17,880 nt of DNA from the NCBI GenBank assembly GCA_964447495.1, contig CAYUTF010000069.1, positions 1 to 17,880 on the forward strand. The letters are read 5' to 3'. Both the position numbers and the translations under genes were made by a program. The notes beneath the pieces were generated by a model, which saw only the letters and a list, made by a program, of their open reading frames with translations, was not told the DNA's origin and searched no databases. Of this stretch, positions 17,448-17,880 are shown in pieces (within the stretch, counting starts at the first letter, position 1; each line of letters starts with the position of its first letter). This DNA is from an uncultured archaeon. Lineage in GTDB: Archaea > Asgardarchaeota > Lokiarchaeia > Sigyniarchaeales > SOKP01.

Positions 17448-17613
17448 TTATTATTCTTCACCATATTTAAATATAGTGTAATTTAAATGTGTTGGTTTTT
17501 GTTATAAATATAAAATAAAAAGAAGAATTATGTTTCTCTTCTCTTGTTCGAGCAGAACATTAAAATTAAATCCTAAGATTTTTCGATTTAATTCTTGAGA
17601 ATTTTACTATATT

Positions 17614-17751
17614 CTATTTATTTTTCTTTTCTTGACGTTTAATTTTTAAATCTCTTAAGCACTTTATCAGTCCATCAACCATAGCTCATCCCGTACAGGA
17701 GAGATTATCATCTGAGTTAGTGGTTGCAAATCTCCTTTTCCATTCAGACAT
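17614..17751 (-). CDS. Candidate 45-aa selenoprotein with C-x-x-U motif (in-frame TGA at 17686-17688); not in the ORF track
   Basis: ATG 17751 to TAG 17614-17616 reads MSEWKRRFATTNSDDNLSCTG(TGA)AMVDGLIKCLRDLKIKRQEKKNK. GC is locally raised. No canonical SECIS was identified. Confidence 0.4.
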
Positions 17752-17880
17752 TTTTTTATATCGTTTTATTTATTTCAATATTTTAGTAATATATTCGAAA
17801 AATAAATGTATTTCTGTTATAAATAATAATTTACTCGAATTAACAGTAAATTAGAAAAATCTATAAGAATTGGATTCTAT

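Noticed and set aside
17684-17712. AUGA...UGA on the minus strand as a eukaryote-type SECIS or kink-turn
   Set aside because: The intervening helix is too short, the flanking stem does not fit K-turn geometry, and the element would contain the UGA itself.
17675-17728. tRNA-like appearance (acceptor-like stem followed by TAGCTCA)
   Set aside because: Only about 54 nt, with no T-arm GTTC motif and no anticodon arm.

Overview
AT-rich archaeal chromosomal window. The uS10 and the ~300-nt SRP RNA are archaeal-type. Low GC, stand-alone receiver proteins, bacterial-like metabolic genes and a eukaryote-like Bud23 methyltransferase suggest, by inference, an Asgard archaeon such as Lokiarchaeia. In order it holds: the 3' part of a phytoene-desaturase-family oxidoreductase coupled to an FNR/2Fe-2S reductase; a CDF transporter with three C-terminal domains; an Ldh_2 dehydrogenase; an unlisted small ORF; SRP RNA (minus strand); a V4R-like Cys4 protein; mpg; IMPase/FBPase; a CDF-NifX fusion; a PC4-like hypothetical; rps10; a radical SAM enzyme coupled to a Bud23/WBSCR22-like methyltransferase; two tandem receiver proteins; a tail-anchored GH172 (DUF2961); a cupin; a rhomboid; and a nucleotide-sugar dehydrogenase. 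The two best leads are the Bud23-like methyltransferase + radical SAM + uS10 cluster, and a 45-codon minus-strand ORF missed by the ORF track that has an in-frame TGA in a C-x-x-U motif (candidate mini-selenoprotein). No CRISPR array, tRNA, rRNA or mobile element was recognised. All family calls come from motif recognition by eye; no searches were run.
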